From a virus (lineage: Duplodnaviria; Caudoviricetes): DNA of 64,000 nt. Numbering within the stretch: position 1 is the first letter of the stretch; the number at the start of each line of letters is the position of its first letter. A program made the translations under genes and the position numbers. The stretch lies in the IMG/VR virus record IMGVR_UViG_3300032218_004357, positions 1-64,000 of that record. One strand, written 5' to 3'. The notes below the pieces were generated by a model. It ran no database searches. It saw only the letters and a program-made list of their open reading frames with translations, and had not been told where the DNA came from. Positions 27,187-36,004 of this stretch are shown piece after piece.

Positions 27187-27362
27187 ACGAGTTGTCGCGC
27201 GATTCTCGCGTGATTTCTGCTGCACGGCTGTCGCAGGCGTTCCATACGAACCCATTAACCCTCATGGATTTGCCAGAGGATCTCTGGTTGATTCTTCATG
27301 CTTGTGGTAATGTGGTTCAACGCGATCAAGAGGCTGCCCTGAAAAAATCGCAATCAGGGTAG
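27168..27362 (+). CDS. -1 frame extension of the tail assembly chaperone (GT-like): PYQDAVDELSRDSRVISAARLSQAFHTNP...KKSQSG
   Basis: Open -1 frame overlapping the chaperone end and stopping before the tape measure gene; no SD-linked ATG near its 5' end. Confidence 0.65.
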   Translation, partial: PYQDAVDELSRDSRVISAARLSQAFHTNPLTLMDLPEDLWLILHACGNVVQRDQEAALKKSQSG

Positions 27363-27408
27363 CCTTGTCGTGTTGGATAGCGGTCTACCGGTTTGAGGGG
27401 TTTCTTCG

Positions 27409-30400
27409 GTGCCTGACGCACGGATCTACGTCAAGATTGACGTCGATAATGCGGCAGCGATTGCCAAGATCCGGGCGACCGAAGCATCCATTGCGTCGAT
27501 CATCAAGAAAAACGATGACCTGACGAAGCGTGTTGACGCCCTTGCTAAAGCGCACTTCACCGAGGTCAAAGCCCTCGAGCAGAAGGGCAAGCAACTCGAC
27601 AAACACTCCAAGGCTGTCCTGAACGCCACAAAAGCCAGCCATATGTTGGAACGTGCGGGCGGCGCGTTGATGAAAGTCATCAAGTACGGTGCGATGGAGT
27701 TCGGCGCGATGACCGCCGTCCTCGGCGGCCTCAAGGTCGCGCTCCTCGCAGGCCAGTACGTGATGAAGGGTTTCCACGTCGGCATGCTCGCCCTCGGTGC
27801 GGCGGCAGGCGTCGCGATCGGCGCGATTTCCGGCGTCCTCGGTGCGATCCGCGAGTTGCAGACCGCCAAGTTGTCGGGCGACTTCAAGGCCGTATACGGG
27901 CTGACGCCACCCGGATCCGGACCCGAGGCGACCCGCTACCGGTCGTCGCGTGGTCTCATCAACCGGACGATGGGTGACTCACGCTTCGGAATGATTTCCG
28001 ATGCCGGGTTGACGATGGCGATGCAGCAGCAACTCCAGCACGGCCAGCAGGTGGGTGGTGCGTTCCGGAACCAGTTTGCTCGCCTCGGCGATCTTACGGG
28101 TGGCGACGAGAAGAAGATGCTCGCCTTGAACAAGGCGATGGCGCAGGGCGCTGAGGCAGGAAAGATCACGCAGAGCGTCTATGACGCGTTGGTCAAGACC
28201 TCTCCGGCGCTGGGTAAAGCGTTTGAGGAGATGACGGGTGGTCCGAAGCAGGCGGCGGATGCTGCGGCTAAGGGCTCGATCACGTTCGAGCAGTTCAACA
28301 AGGTCCTCATGGAGGGCAACCTCAAGGCCCTCCAACCGTACAACGGCGCGTTGAATGAAATCAACAATACCGTCATGGGCAAGTTCAAGGGCGCTGTTCG
28401 TTCCATCAAGGAGCAGTTGACCGGGATCTCGGAAACGTCGGCAAACGCGTTGTACGGATCGGGCACCAACATGTCGATCATGGACGCGATCAAGAAGCCG
28501 ATCGACGAGATCCTCGTGTCCGTGAAGGCAACGATCAACGCGATCACACCACTAATCCAGCAGATGGTTCCCGGACTCTTTGGGAACGCTGGCGATCTGA
28601 CGCATCACCTCACCGACTCCATCACCACCGGCATCGCTCGCGGTATGGAGTGGATGAAAGGTTTTAGCGCGCGCGTCAACTCGTGGATCGGCACGATTCG
28701 CTCGTTCTTCGGGCAGGTCGCCGATTACCTGACGAAAGCCAGCGCGCCGTTCGACACGCTGTGGAAGACCATCCTCGTGCCGCTTGGCGAGTTTCTTGCG
28801 GGCACCCTCAATACGGCGATCCAATCGTTCGGCAACAACGTCACCGCGAACGCGTCGTCAATTGCCACGTGGGGTGATGCGCTCAAGGGTGCCGTCGCGT
28901 TTACGAAGGCGTTCTTTGAGGGATTGAGTACGCTCAAGGCGGTTATGACGCCAATCATTACGCTGTTTGCAAACGTGTTGAAGCCGATTGAGGCGCTCGT
29001 CAACACCAAGATTGGCGGGTTCTTTGCCAAGTTTGCTGTTGTGTTTGGCGCATTGTTCATGCTGCTGCGCAAGGTGGTTAGTGGTTTCGTCAAGTGGAAA
29101 GCATCGATGGCCGAAGCGTTCGGCACGATGAAAAAGACGGAGAGCGAATACGCAGCCATCACCGCATCGGTTGAGCGACTGACGGCGGCACTACGCGAGA
29201 ACCTCATCGTTCAACGTCAAATGACTATGCAAACGCCAAATGGCGGCTTTCGCGATCCGAATACTGGCCGTTTCATCAGTTCAACTCAAGCGCGTCGTAT
29301 CGCAGAGGGTCAAGTTGGCGGCGGCACTGGTCAACCGAGCGTATTGCCGTCTGGGGCTCCCGCAGGCGGTACGGGCGGCAGCGCACCGGCAACAGAGGGG
29401 ACCGGCTCCGCATCCATCTACCATCAGGGTGGGGTGAGCGGCTGGTGGGCGCGCAGAAAGGCGGCGTTCGGTTACGGCAACACGGGATACACGCGGTACT
29501 TGTCCGGTACGACGCCCATGTCTCGTCGTGAAATGCGCGCCGACGCATGGGAGAATTTGTCGGACGAAGAGCAGTTCAATCGCGTTCAACAAAATCGTGC
29601 GAAAATGGCCGGAGCCGCCGCAATGACAGCAATGGTTGCTGGCGGAATGCTTGCTCAAAGTAAAAGTAAACAAGCGCAATTTGCTGGAAACGCCATTAGC
29701 GGTATCGGCATGGGCGCAATGATCGGCAACATGTTGCCAGAGGGTAAAATGAGTGGCGCTGCTGTAGGCGCTGGCGCTATGGGTGCCGTCCTCGGCGGTC
29801 AGGCCATCATGCAGCAGAACAAGGCAGGGATGGCTCAAGGAGTTCTTGGTGGCGCGTTGATGGGCGCTGGAACCGGCGCAATGGTCGGCTCGTTCTTTGG
29901 TGGTCCGGGTGGACCGGGCACCTTCATTGGCGCGGGTATCGGTGCTGTGGCTGGCGGCATTTACGGCGGCGTGCAAGCCCACAACAAAAAAATCAAAGAC
30001 GCTCGAGACGCCGAACGAGCCGCTGCTAGTCGTTACGCAGATCAGTCGCTGAACACCATCGACGCTCTCAAGGAAGCGCAAGCGAGCAACAAAAAAGCCA
30101 AAAAAGATGTTGCTGACGCAGGAAAACGCCTCAATGAACTTGGTAGAGACTCCTCAACTTTCCATAAGGGTGGATCAGGTCTTATTGGCAAAATTGAGCA
30201 AAAAGCAGAAAATGCAGAGGGCGATAAAAAGAAACGACTGCAACGTCAACTTGCTGAGTTGCGGCAAGAACGATCTGATCTTCAGCAGTGGGCAACTAAC
30301 TATGAAGAGCAGGTAGCGGGCTACGAAAAAGCCACAAAACAACTCAATAAAGCCGGGAAACGAATCATATCCAACATCAAAGTTGGCGAATTCTTTGGCT

Positions 30401-31899
30401 TCAACGCGTCCGATATTGCTGGCTACGCCGATCGTCACAACATCAAACTCAACAAGATCCAGTTGGGTGTGAAGGCGATGGTCGACATGACCGGCTACAG
30501 CATGAAAGCCGCCGACGCCATGTCGAACCTCGCGCTCTCGGCGAAGCGCACGTACGAGTGGCTGACCGACACGTACAAGGCGGCTCGCGAGTCAGCGCAA
30601 GCCTCCATCGATTCCCGCAAGCAGGTCGCCGATTTCCTCGCAACCTCGAACCAGCCGATGGACAAGGACTCACGCTTCCTCGCGGGAACCGATGCGATGA
30701 CGTCGCTCGCGTCGCAAGGCACAGCGTTCTTGGCTGCGGGGGGCTACGGGCGCGGCAAGGACGCGTTCACAAAGTTCCGCACGGACCAGACCGCCAAGAT
30801 CTACCGGCTCATCCAAGAGGTGAGCGCTCGTCCGGGCGTACAGACGGACATGGTCCAGATGATGCAGATGCTCGGTGGCGAGGCCATCAACAAGATCAAC
30901 AGTGGTTTCAAGTTCAGCGATGCGGCGCAGATGGATCCGAGCATCAGCGAGAACCTCAAGGGTTTGGCTACCGGCGCTGCTACGTCGATCATTCAGCAAG
31001 GGAAGAACGCTCAAGCCTCAGGCAAGAGCAAGAAAGAACTTGTGGACTTGCAGCAAGCGGGCATCAAAGAACGAGCCCTTGCGATGGCGCAGTGGGCGAA
31101 GAACGAATACCACTTGAGCGACAACGTCAACGATCTGGCCGCTGAAATGTCGAAACTCATCGGCGGCACCATTCAGGAAGAGGGGGGCACCCTCTACGAC
31201 AAAACCGTCCAGAGTTTCGCGACGGGTGGTGCGCTTGCTGCGCAGCAGATGACAAACGCGTTCACGGCGATGCGGCTCGTGGCCGATGCCGACGGCAAGG
31301 GGTTCCACTGGGAGAAGGGCAAGGGGCAGGTGGGGACGAACCTCACGAAGGAGCAGCAAAGACTCGTTGCGAGCGGCACGCAAAGTTACGGTGCCGAAAC
31401 GCAGATCACCCCGGATCTGCTGAACTCTTATGGAATCACCGGCAACGGCGACCTAAACGGCGACGGGATCCCCGGCGACACGTCGTCGAGCCGCTTCGCT
31501 CGCACGCTCGTCGCCCACTCCATGTTCAACTCGATGGTCCCCGGCCGACGCCTAATGACCAGCGGCCTCCGCAACTACAACCTCGGATCCCTCTCCAGCG
31601 ACCACCGCATCGGAGCCGCCTACGACCTCACGGGCGACAACCTCGGCGCGTACGCCAAACTCGTCAACGCCAACGGCGGATTCGCCGAATTCCATGGTGC
31701 CGCCGGATCCCGCCACCTCCACGTCGTCCCCCCGCACGGCGACAGCGCCAGCCCGGCGATGGTCGGCGGATACGGTGCCGTCCACAACCACTCGTACTCG
31801 ATCGTCGTCAACGGTGGCGACGCGTCGGCAGCAGCGATTGCTGACGAGGTGTTGGCTAGGATCCAACGAATCCAACGGAACGCGGTGGAGCGGTACTGA
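27409..31899 (+). CDS. Tape measure protein with a C-terminal M15-like zinc peptidase domain (1496 aa)
   Basis: Long helical Ala/Gly-rich protein with hydrophobic segments after the chaperones; TSGLR...SSDHRIGAAYD...HLHV at the C-terminus. Confidence 0.9.
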   Translation: MPDARIYVKIDVDNAAAIAKIRATEASIASIIKKNDDLTKRVDALAKAHFTEVKALEQKGKQLDKHSKAVLNATKASHMLERAGGALMKVIKYGAMEFGAMTAVLGGLKVALLAGQYVMKGFHVGMLALGAAAGVAIGAISGVLGAIRELQTAKLSGDFKAVYGLTPPGSGPEATRYRSSRGLINRTMGDSRFGMISDAGLTMAMQQQLQHGQQVGGAFRNQFARLGDLTGGDEKKMLALNKAMAQGAEAGKITQSVYDALVKTSPALGKAFEEMTGGPKQAADAAAKGSITFEQFNKVLMEGNLKALQPYNGALNEINNTVMGKFKGAVRSIKEQLTGISETSANALYGSGTNMSIMDAIKKPIDEILVSVKATINAITPLIQQMVPGLFGNAGDLTHHLTDSITTGIARGMEWMKGFSARVNSWIGTIRSFFGQVADYLTKASAPFDTLWKTILVPLGEFLAGTLNTAIQSFGNNVTANASSIATWGDALKGAVAFTKAFFEGLSTLKAVMTPIITLFANVLKPIEALVNTKIGGFFAKFAVVFGALFMLLRKVVSGFVKWKASMAEAFGTMKKTESEYAAITASVERLTAALRENLIVQRQMTMQTPNGGFRDPNTGRFISSTQARRIAEGQVGGGTGQPSVLPSGAPAGGTGGSAPATEGTGSASIYHQGGVSGWWARRKAAFGYGNTGYTRYLSGTTPMSRREMRADAWENLSDEEQFNRVQQNRAKMAGAAAMTAMVAGGMLAQSKSKQAQFAGNAISGIGMGAMIGNMLPEGKMSGAAVGAGAMGAVLGGQAIMQQNKAGMAQGVLGGALMGAGTGAMVGSFFGGPGGPGTFIGAGIGAVAGGIYGGVQAHNKKIKDARDAERAAASRYADQSLNTIDALKEAQASNKKAKKDVADAGKRLNELGRDSSTFHKGGSGLIGKIEQKAENAEGDKKKRLQRQLAELRQERSDLQQWATNYEEQVAGYEKATKQLNKAGKRIISNIKVGEFFGFNASDIAGYADRHNIKLNKIQLGVKAMVDMTGYSMKAADAMSNLALSAKRTYEWLTDTYKAARESAQASIDSRKQVADFLATSNQPMDKDSRFLAGTDAMTSLASQGTAFLAAGGYGRGKDAFTKFRTDQTAKIYRLIQEVSARPGVQTDMVQMMQMLGGEAINKINSGFKFSDAAQMDPSISENLKGLATGAATSIIQQGKNAQASGKSKKELVDLQQAGIKERALAMAQWAKNEYHLSDNVNDLAAEMSKLIGGTIQEEGGTLYDKTVQSFATGGALAAQQMTNAFTAMRLVADADGKGFHWEKGKGQVGTNLTKEQQRLVASGTQSYGAETQITPDLLNSYGITGNGDLNGDGIPGDTSSSRFARTLVAHSMFNSMVPGRRLMTSGLRNYNLGSLSSDHRIGAAYDLTGDNLGAYAKLVNANGGFAEFHGAAGSRHLHVVPPHGDSASPAMVGGYGAVHNHSYSIVVNGGDASAAAIADEVLARIQRIQRNAVERY

Positions 31900-32567
31900 T
31901 GCCGACGGTCACGATCAACGGAATCGCCTACAACTCGGAACACTCGATCACACCGCGCGCGGCCAGCAAGACGCGTGCCGTGCTGCGGATGGCCGACTCG
32001 ATCACCCTGCCGGTCGCAGGCGCCACCCCGTTTCAAATCAACATGACGTTGCCGTTCGCGCCCGTTGCCACCCGGCACTCCAACCTCGCGGGCGCCTACT
32101 CGCAGGTCGACCGGCCCGGACGCGCCCCCCTCAACGTCTGGAACAGTCCCCAGTTGGAGCAACTCTCCTTCGAGTTCATCATCGCCAACGACTGGGCGCC
32201 CGGCTACGCCGACTGCGAAGACAAGATCACGACGCTTCGCCTCCTTGCCGCTCTCCCGACCGACGTCGTGTTCGCGTACGGCAACATGACGAACGGCAAA
32301 CGCTGGAAGATCACCGACTTCTCGTACGAGACGACAATGCGGGATCCGGCCAACGACTACGTCCTGCAGGCCACCGGCCAGATGACCCTCACCGAGAGCG
32401 TACAGATCGCAACGCAGATCGTGCCCGGCATCCAGCAGATCAAGGACACCAAACCGAACCAAGTGAACCGGACCGGCGGCGCCGGAGGCGGCGGTCGTCC
32501 CCCGACGACGACTCCCGACGACTACGACGCCGACGCGGCCTCGCGACGCGTGTTCGGCGTTGCGTGA
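31899..32567 (+). CDS. Tail tube initiator / gpU-like baseplate protein
   Basis: Position after the tape measure gene; RPGRAP...LSFEF...WKITDFSY pattern. Confidence 0.55.
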   Translation: MPTVTINGIAYNSEHSITPRAASKTRAVLRMADSITLPVAGATPFQINMTLPFAPVATRHSNLAGAYSQVDRPGRAPLNVWNSPQLEQLSFEFIIANDWAPGYADCEDKITTLRLLAALPTDVVFAYGNMTNGKRWKITDFSYETTMRDPANDYVLQATGQMTLTESVQIATQIVPGIQQIKDTKPNQVNRTGGAGGGGRPPTTTPDDYDADAASRRVFGVA

Positions 32568-32579
32568 TGAGGAGGATGA

Positions 32580-33842
32580 ATGGCCTCCCCGCTGTCGCCG
32601 ATTTATGTCGCCAATAACCCCAACGCCGACATCGCCGAATGGGTTACCGGCTTTGACGTCAACCTGACTCTCGATCAGGAATCGCAGTTTTCGATCACTG
32701 TCCTCGATCGCGGTCTGCGCATGCTGCGATCGAACTACTTCCAAGCCCGCCAGTCGATCAACTATCTCGGCATGAAGTACGAGATCTCCGTGATCGAGGT
32801 CTCGCAAGGATCCGGTGGACCCGAGGTGCGACTCGACTGTCGCCCAGAAGCGATCCAAGCCCTCAAACGGTGGAAGACCGGCGAGGTCGTGAACGCAGGA
32901 AGCGCCAGCGGCTACGTCGCTCAGAAAGCCCGTGACGTCGGCCTCGCCGCGTTCGTTCAAACCGCACCGCAACGGTCCAACGTCAGCCAAGCCTCGAGCA
33001 CCAACTCCGACGAATCCGTCTGGGACGTCATGCGACGCCTCGCCAACGACGTCGGCTTCGTCCTGTTCGAAACCGACAATCGGTTGTTCTTCTGTTCCGA
33101 GCCGTTCCTTCTCGGCAAGTTCGCACTCGCAGGGTACGGTGCCTCGAACGGGTTCCTCCAGATCCCCGTACGCTGGGACTCCGAACCGATGAACACAACC
33201 GCGATGCGTCGGTTCGCTCCGGCCCTTCCGAGCCCGCCCGACCGGCCGCCGCTCGCTCGCGGGAGCACTGGCGTCGAGGTCGCGTACCTCCAGACCGTTC
33301 TCCAGCAACGCGCTGGGTTCTACATCTCCGATCCGAGCGGCACGTTCGGTCTGTCCACGGAAACGGCCGTCAGCCAGTTGCAGGCGTTCCTCAACATCAC
33401 GGGGAACCCGGGCAAGGTCGGCAACATGACGTGGAGCCTCATCGACTTCCTCGCGCTCGGCGTCGACAAGGCAGCACCTGCGTACGGCACGTACTACCTC
33501 ACGCCCCTCGGCGTACCGAACATGCGTCTATCCGACAACGCGTACGAAGCCGCGACCGCCTCGTTCAACGTCGAACGCGAGTACGGACGGCACCTCCGTC
33601 CGGGCATGACAGTCGCGTTGGAGAACGTGCCCGGCTTCGAGGGGGCGTACCTCATCACCGAAGTGTCGTGGCGTGAAGGCACCAACGATCCGGTGTCCGT
33701 CAACACGCGCACGCTCGTCGAGCCGAAGCCCAACGCGCAGAACAACAACGAAGAACTCAACATCTACCGGACATCTCTCAGCCTTACCGGCGGTGGTCTC
33801 GCCGACTCGCAGACGGTCGCCGTGTTGGGGAACAACCAATGA
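32580..33842 (+). CDS. Baseplate hub (gpD-like) with an inserted peptidoglycan-binding domain
   Basis: Position; LARGSTGVEVAYLQTVL...GTFGLSTETAVSQLQ...GKVGNMTW matches PG_binding_1. Confidence 0.7.
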   Translation: MASPLSPIYVANNPNADIAEWVTGFDVNLTLDQESQFSITVLDRGLRMLRSNYFQARQSINYLGMKYEISVIEVSQGSGGPEVRLDCRPEAIQALKRWKTGEVVNAGSASGYVAQKARDVGLAAFVQTAPQRSNVSQASSTNSDESVWDVMRRLANDVGFVLFETDNRLFFCSEPFLLGKFALAGYGASNGFLQIPVRWDSEPMNTTAMRRFAPALPSPPDRPPLARGSTGVEVAYLQTVLQQRAGFYISDPSGTFGLSTETAVSQLQAFLNITGNPGKVGNMTWSLIDFLALGVDKAAPAYGTYYLTPLGVPNMRLSDNAYEAATASFNVEREYGRHLRPGMTVALENVPGFEGAYLITEVSWREGTNDPVSVNTRTLVEPKPNAQNNNEELNIYRTSLSLTGGGLADSQTVAVLGNNQ

Positions 33843-34789
33843 CGTTCTACACGCCGACTTCGCACATCAACATTCGCAAAGCGGCGTCCACACCGTTCGT
33901 ACCGCTCGGTGCATGGCGCGCCGAAGTCGTCAACGTCCACGACGACGCGACCGTCGACGTCATCGTGCCGCGCATGACCGGCGCCGAGCAGGTGTTCACA
34001 CGCGTCGACGTGCTCGGCTACGGGAACACGCCGATGTATGCGATCGGCGACAAGGTGTACGTGGCGTTCATCGAGGGACGGTGCGACGACCTCCTCGTTC
34101 TCGGGCCGGTTCGGAACGCCCTCACCCCCGAGAACATCACCGGTATTCCCGGGGGCGGAGGTGTCGACGCGATCGTCTTCTCGTGGCCCGGAGAGACCAT
34201 CCCGACGTCGGAAACCGGTCGCGCACCGATGCCGCGCGACGGCGTGACCCGAGAGATCCAGTTCACGTTCAACGACGCCGGTACGACCGAGACCACGGTA
34301 GACGTCCTCGTCAACGCCGAGATGATCATCACGGTGACGATCCCGGCGGGCCTGTCCTCGTATACCTACGAGTGGCAGTACGCGCTCACCGACGTCGACG
34401 TTGTCTCCATGCAGGTGACTAGCGTGGGCGACGGTGCGCTGGGCCTCCTCGCCGAACTCCGGTACGACAGCACCGTCACGGTTGATGGGCTCGTGTTCTC
34501 GTGGCCGGGATCCGGCCTCTCCTTGCGGGAGACGGGCTACTACCCGATGCCGCGCGTGTCGACAACGCTCGACATCCGGTTCACGTTGCGAACGTCGGGC
34601 TCGACGGACACCATCGTCGAGGTCTTCGTCAACGGCACCCTCACCGAGACCGTGAACATCCCAGCGGGGGCGACGGCCTACACCTACCCGTGGGTGCTGC
34701 CGTTGGGGGTCGGTGACGTCGTCTCGATGCAAATCACTACTGCCGGAGATGGGGCGGCGGATCTGGTGGCGCAGGTTCGGTACGACTGA
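33839..34789 (+). CDS. gpV-like spike N-terminal domain plus two tandem 106-aa domains
   Basis: AEVVNV...VDVIVP...IGDKVYVAFIEG...VLG OB-fold pattern; 318-nt internal duplication. Confidence 0.65.
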   Translation: MTFYTPTSHINIRKAASTPFVPLGAWRAEVVNVHDDATVDVIVPRMTGAEQVFTRVDVLGYGNTPMYAIGDKVYVAFIEGRCDDLLVLGPVRNALTPENITGIPGGGGVDAIVFSWPGETIPTSETGRAPMPRDGVTREIQFTFNDAGTTETTVDVLVNAEMIITVTIPAGLSSYTYEWQYALTDVDVVSMQVTSVGDGALGLLAELRYDSTVTVDGLVFSWPGSGLSLRETGYYPMPRVSTTLDIRFTLRTSGSTDTIVEVFVNGTLTETVNIPAGATAYTYPWVLPLGVGDVVSMQITTAGDGAADLVAQVRYD

Positions 34790-36000
34790 TGGGCTTGTTG
34801 TGGACGCGACTGGCGGACCTGCCGTCGGACGCGTTGACCGTCTCTTCGGGCACGTGGGGACTGCGGCATCGGCCGGTCGCAGGAATGATCAGCAGCAAGA
34901 TTTACCTGTCCGGTGGATACTCGCAGGGCGATACCGAAACGGCGCGAAGCGAGACGTACGAGTACAACCCGACCACCGATGCGTGGGTGCTCGTGCGCGA
35001 CGGCTCGAGCAACTTGGTGCTGTGCCCACACAAGCATGTGTCCGGTAGTGGTGCAGTCGTCAACGGGAAGTTGGCGCTGTTCGGGGGCAGCGGGTACGCG
35101 CCCGATTACTCGAACCAGTACTCGTACCTTGATCTCTACGATCCGACGACGAAGACGTGGACGACGGACGACCTGCCGTCCATCATCAGTTCGACGTGGC
35201 AAAACGTCGGCAATAATGCGTGTTGTTCGTACAACAATAAGTTGTACTCATTTGGCGGTATTGCCGGTCGATACAGCGACACGCAACAACGAGCATACGT
35301 GTGGGACCCAGCCCAGTCGTCGGGTTCCCGATGGAGCGCCACCGCGTCGTGGGCCAGCCTCGATATCGACGGGCTGTTCCAGCAGGCCGTCGCCGTCTAC
35401 GGCACGAAGGCCTACCTCTTCGGAGGAATGCGCCTCGCCGCTGGTACCCCAGCCCAGTCGTACACCCTGATCTACGACTTCGTCGCCGATTCGTGGACGC
35501 GCGGCGCCGACATGCCCATCACCACCGAGTCGGGTGCGGCCGGTGTCATCGGGTCGACGATCTACTACACCCGCAACGGCACGACCTACGCGTACGACCC
35601 GGCGACCGACGCGTGGGACACCCTGACGAGTGTCGTCACCGTGACGAGCAGCGCTACCGAACCGGCCTACCTGTCCACCGGCACCAAGATGTATCTCGTC
35701 GGCGGCGACGGCACCGTGGGCACCGACACGTGGGCGGGGAACCGCGTCACGCAAGTGCTCGGACCCACCGTCTACTCGCACACTGCCACCTGCGACGGCA
35801 CCGCCACTCTTGACACCACCGCCATCCTCATCAACGTAGCCAGTGCCACGCTGACCGGCGACGGAACGGCCACGGCCACGTCGGCGACGATCAACGTCGT
35901 GCCCGCCGACGCGACGCTCGCCGGTACGGGCACGCTCGTCGGTACGACTAACGTCGCATACAATCCCTACCTTGGTGCTGTCGTCAACCTAGGCGAATAA
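34789..36000 (+). CDS. Kelch-repeat beta-propeller virion protein with a T/A-rich repeat tail
   Basis: Repeated IYLSGG...YEYNPTTDAW, LYSFGG...VWDP and AYLFGG...YDFVADSW. Confidence 0.85.
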   Translation: MGLLWTRLADLPSDALTVSSGTWGLRHRPVAGMISSKIYLSGGYSQGDTETARSETYEYNPTTDAWVLVRDGSSNLVLCPHKHVSGSGAVVNGKLALFGGSGYAPDYSNQYSYLDLYDPTTKTWTTDDLPSIISSTWQNVGNNACCSYNNKLYSFGGIAGRYSDTQQRAYVWDPAQSSGSRWSATASWASLDIDGLFQQAVAVYGTKAYLFGGMRLAAGTPAQSYTLIYDFVADSWTRGADMPITTESGAAGVIGSTIYYTRNGTTYAYDPATDAWDTLTSVVTVTSSATEPAYLSTGTKMYLVGGDGTVGTDTWAGNRVTQVLGPTVYSHTATCDGTATLDTTAILINVASATLTGDGTATATSATINVVPADATLAGTGTLVGTTNVAYNPYLGAVVNLGE

Positions 36001-36004
36001 CTCG

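Noticed and set aside
29230-29285. RDPNTGRF motif in the tape measure protein resembling RDGNNNGRIF in the protease tail
   Set aside because: Too short to distinguish from chance without a profile search.
31440-31480. DLNGDG calcium-binding-like motif
   Set aside because: Single isolated copy with no EF-hand or FG-GAP context.
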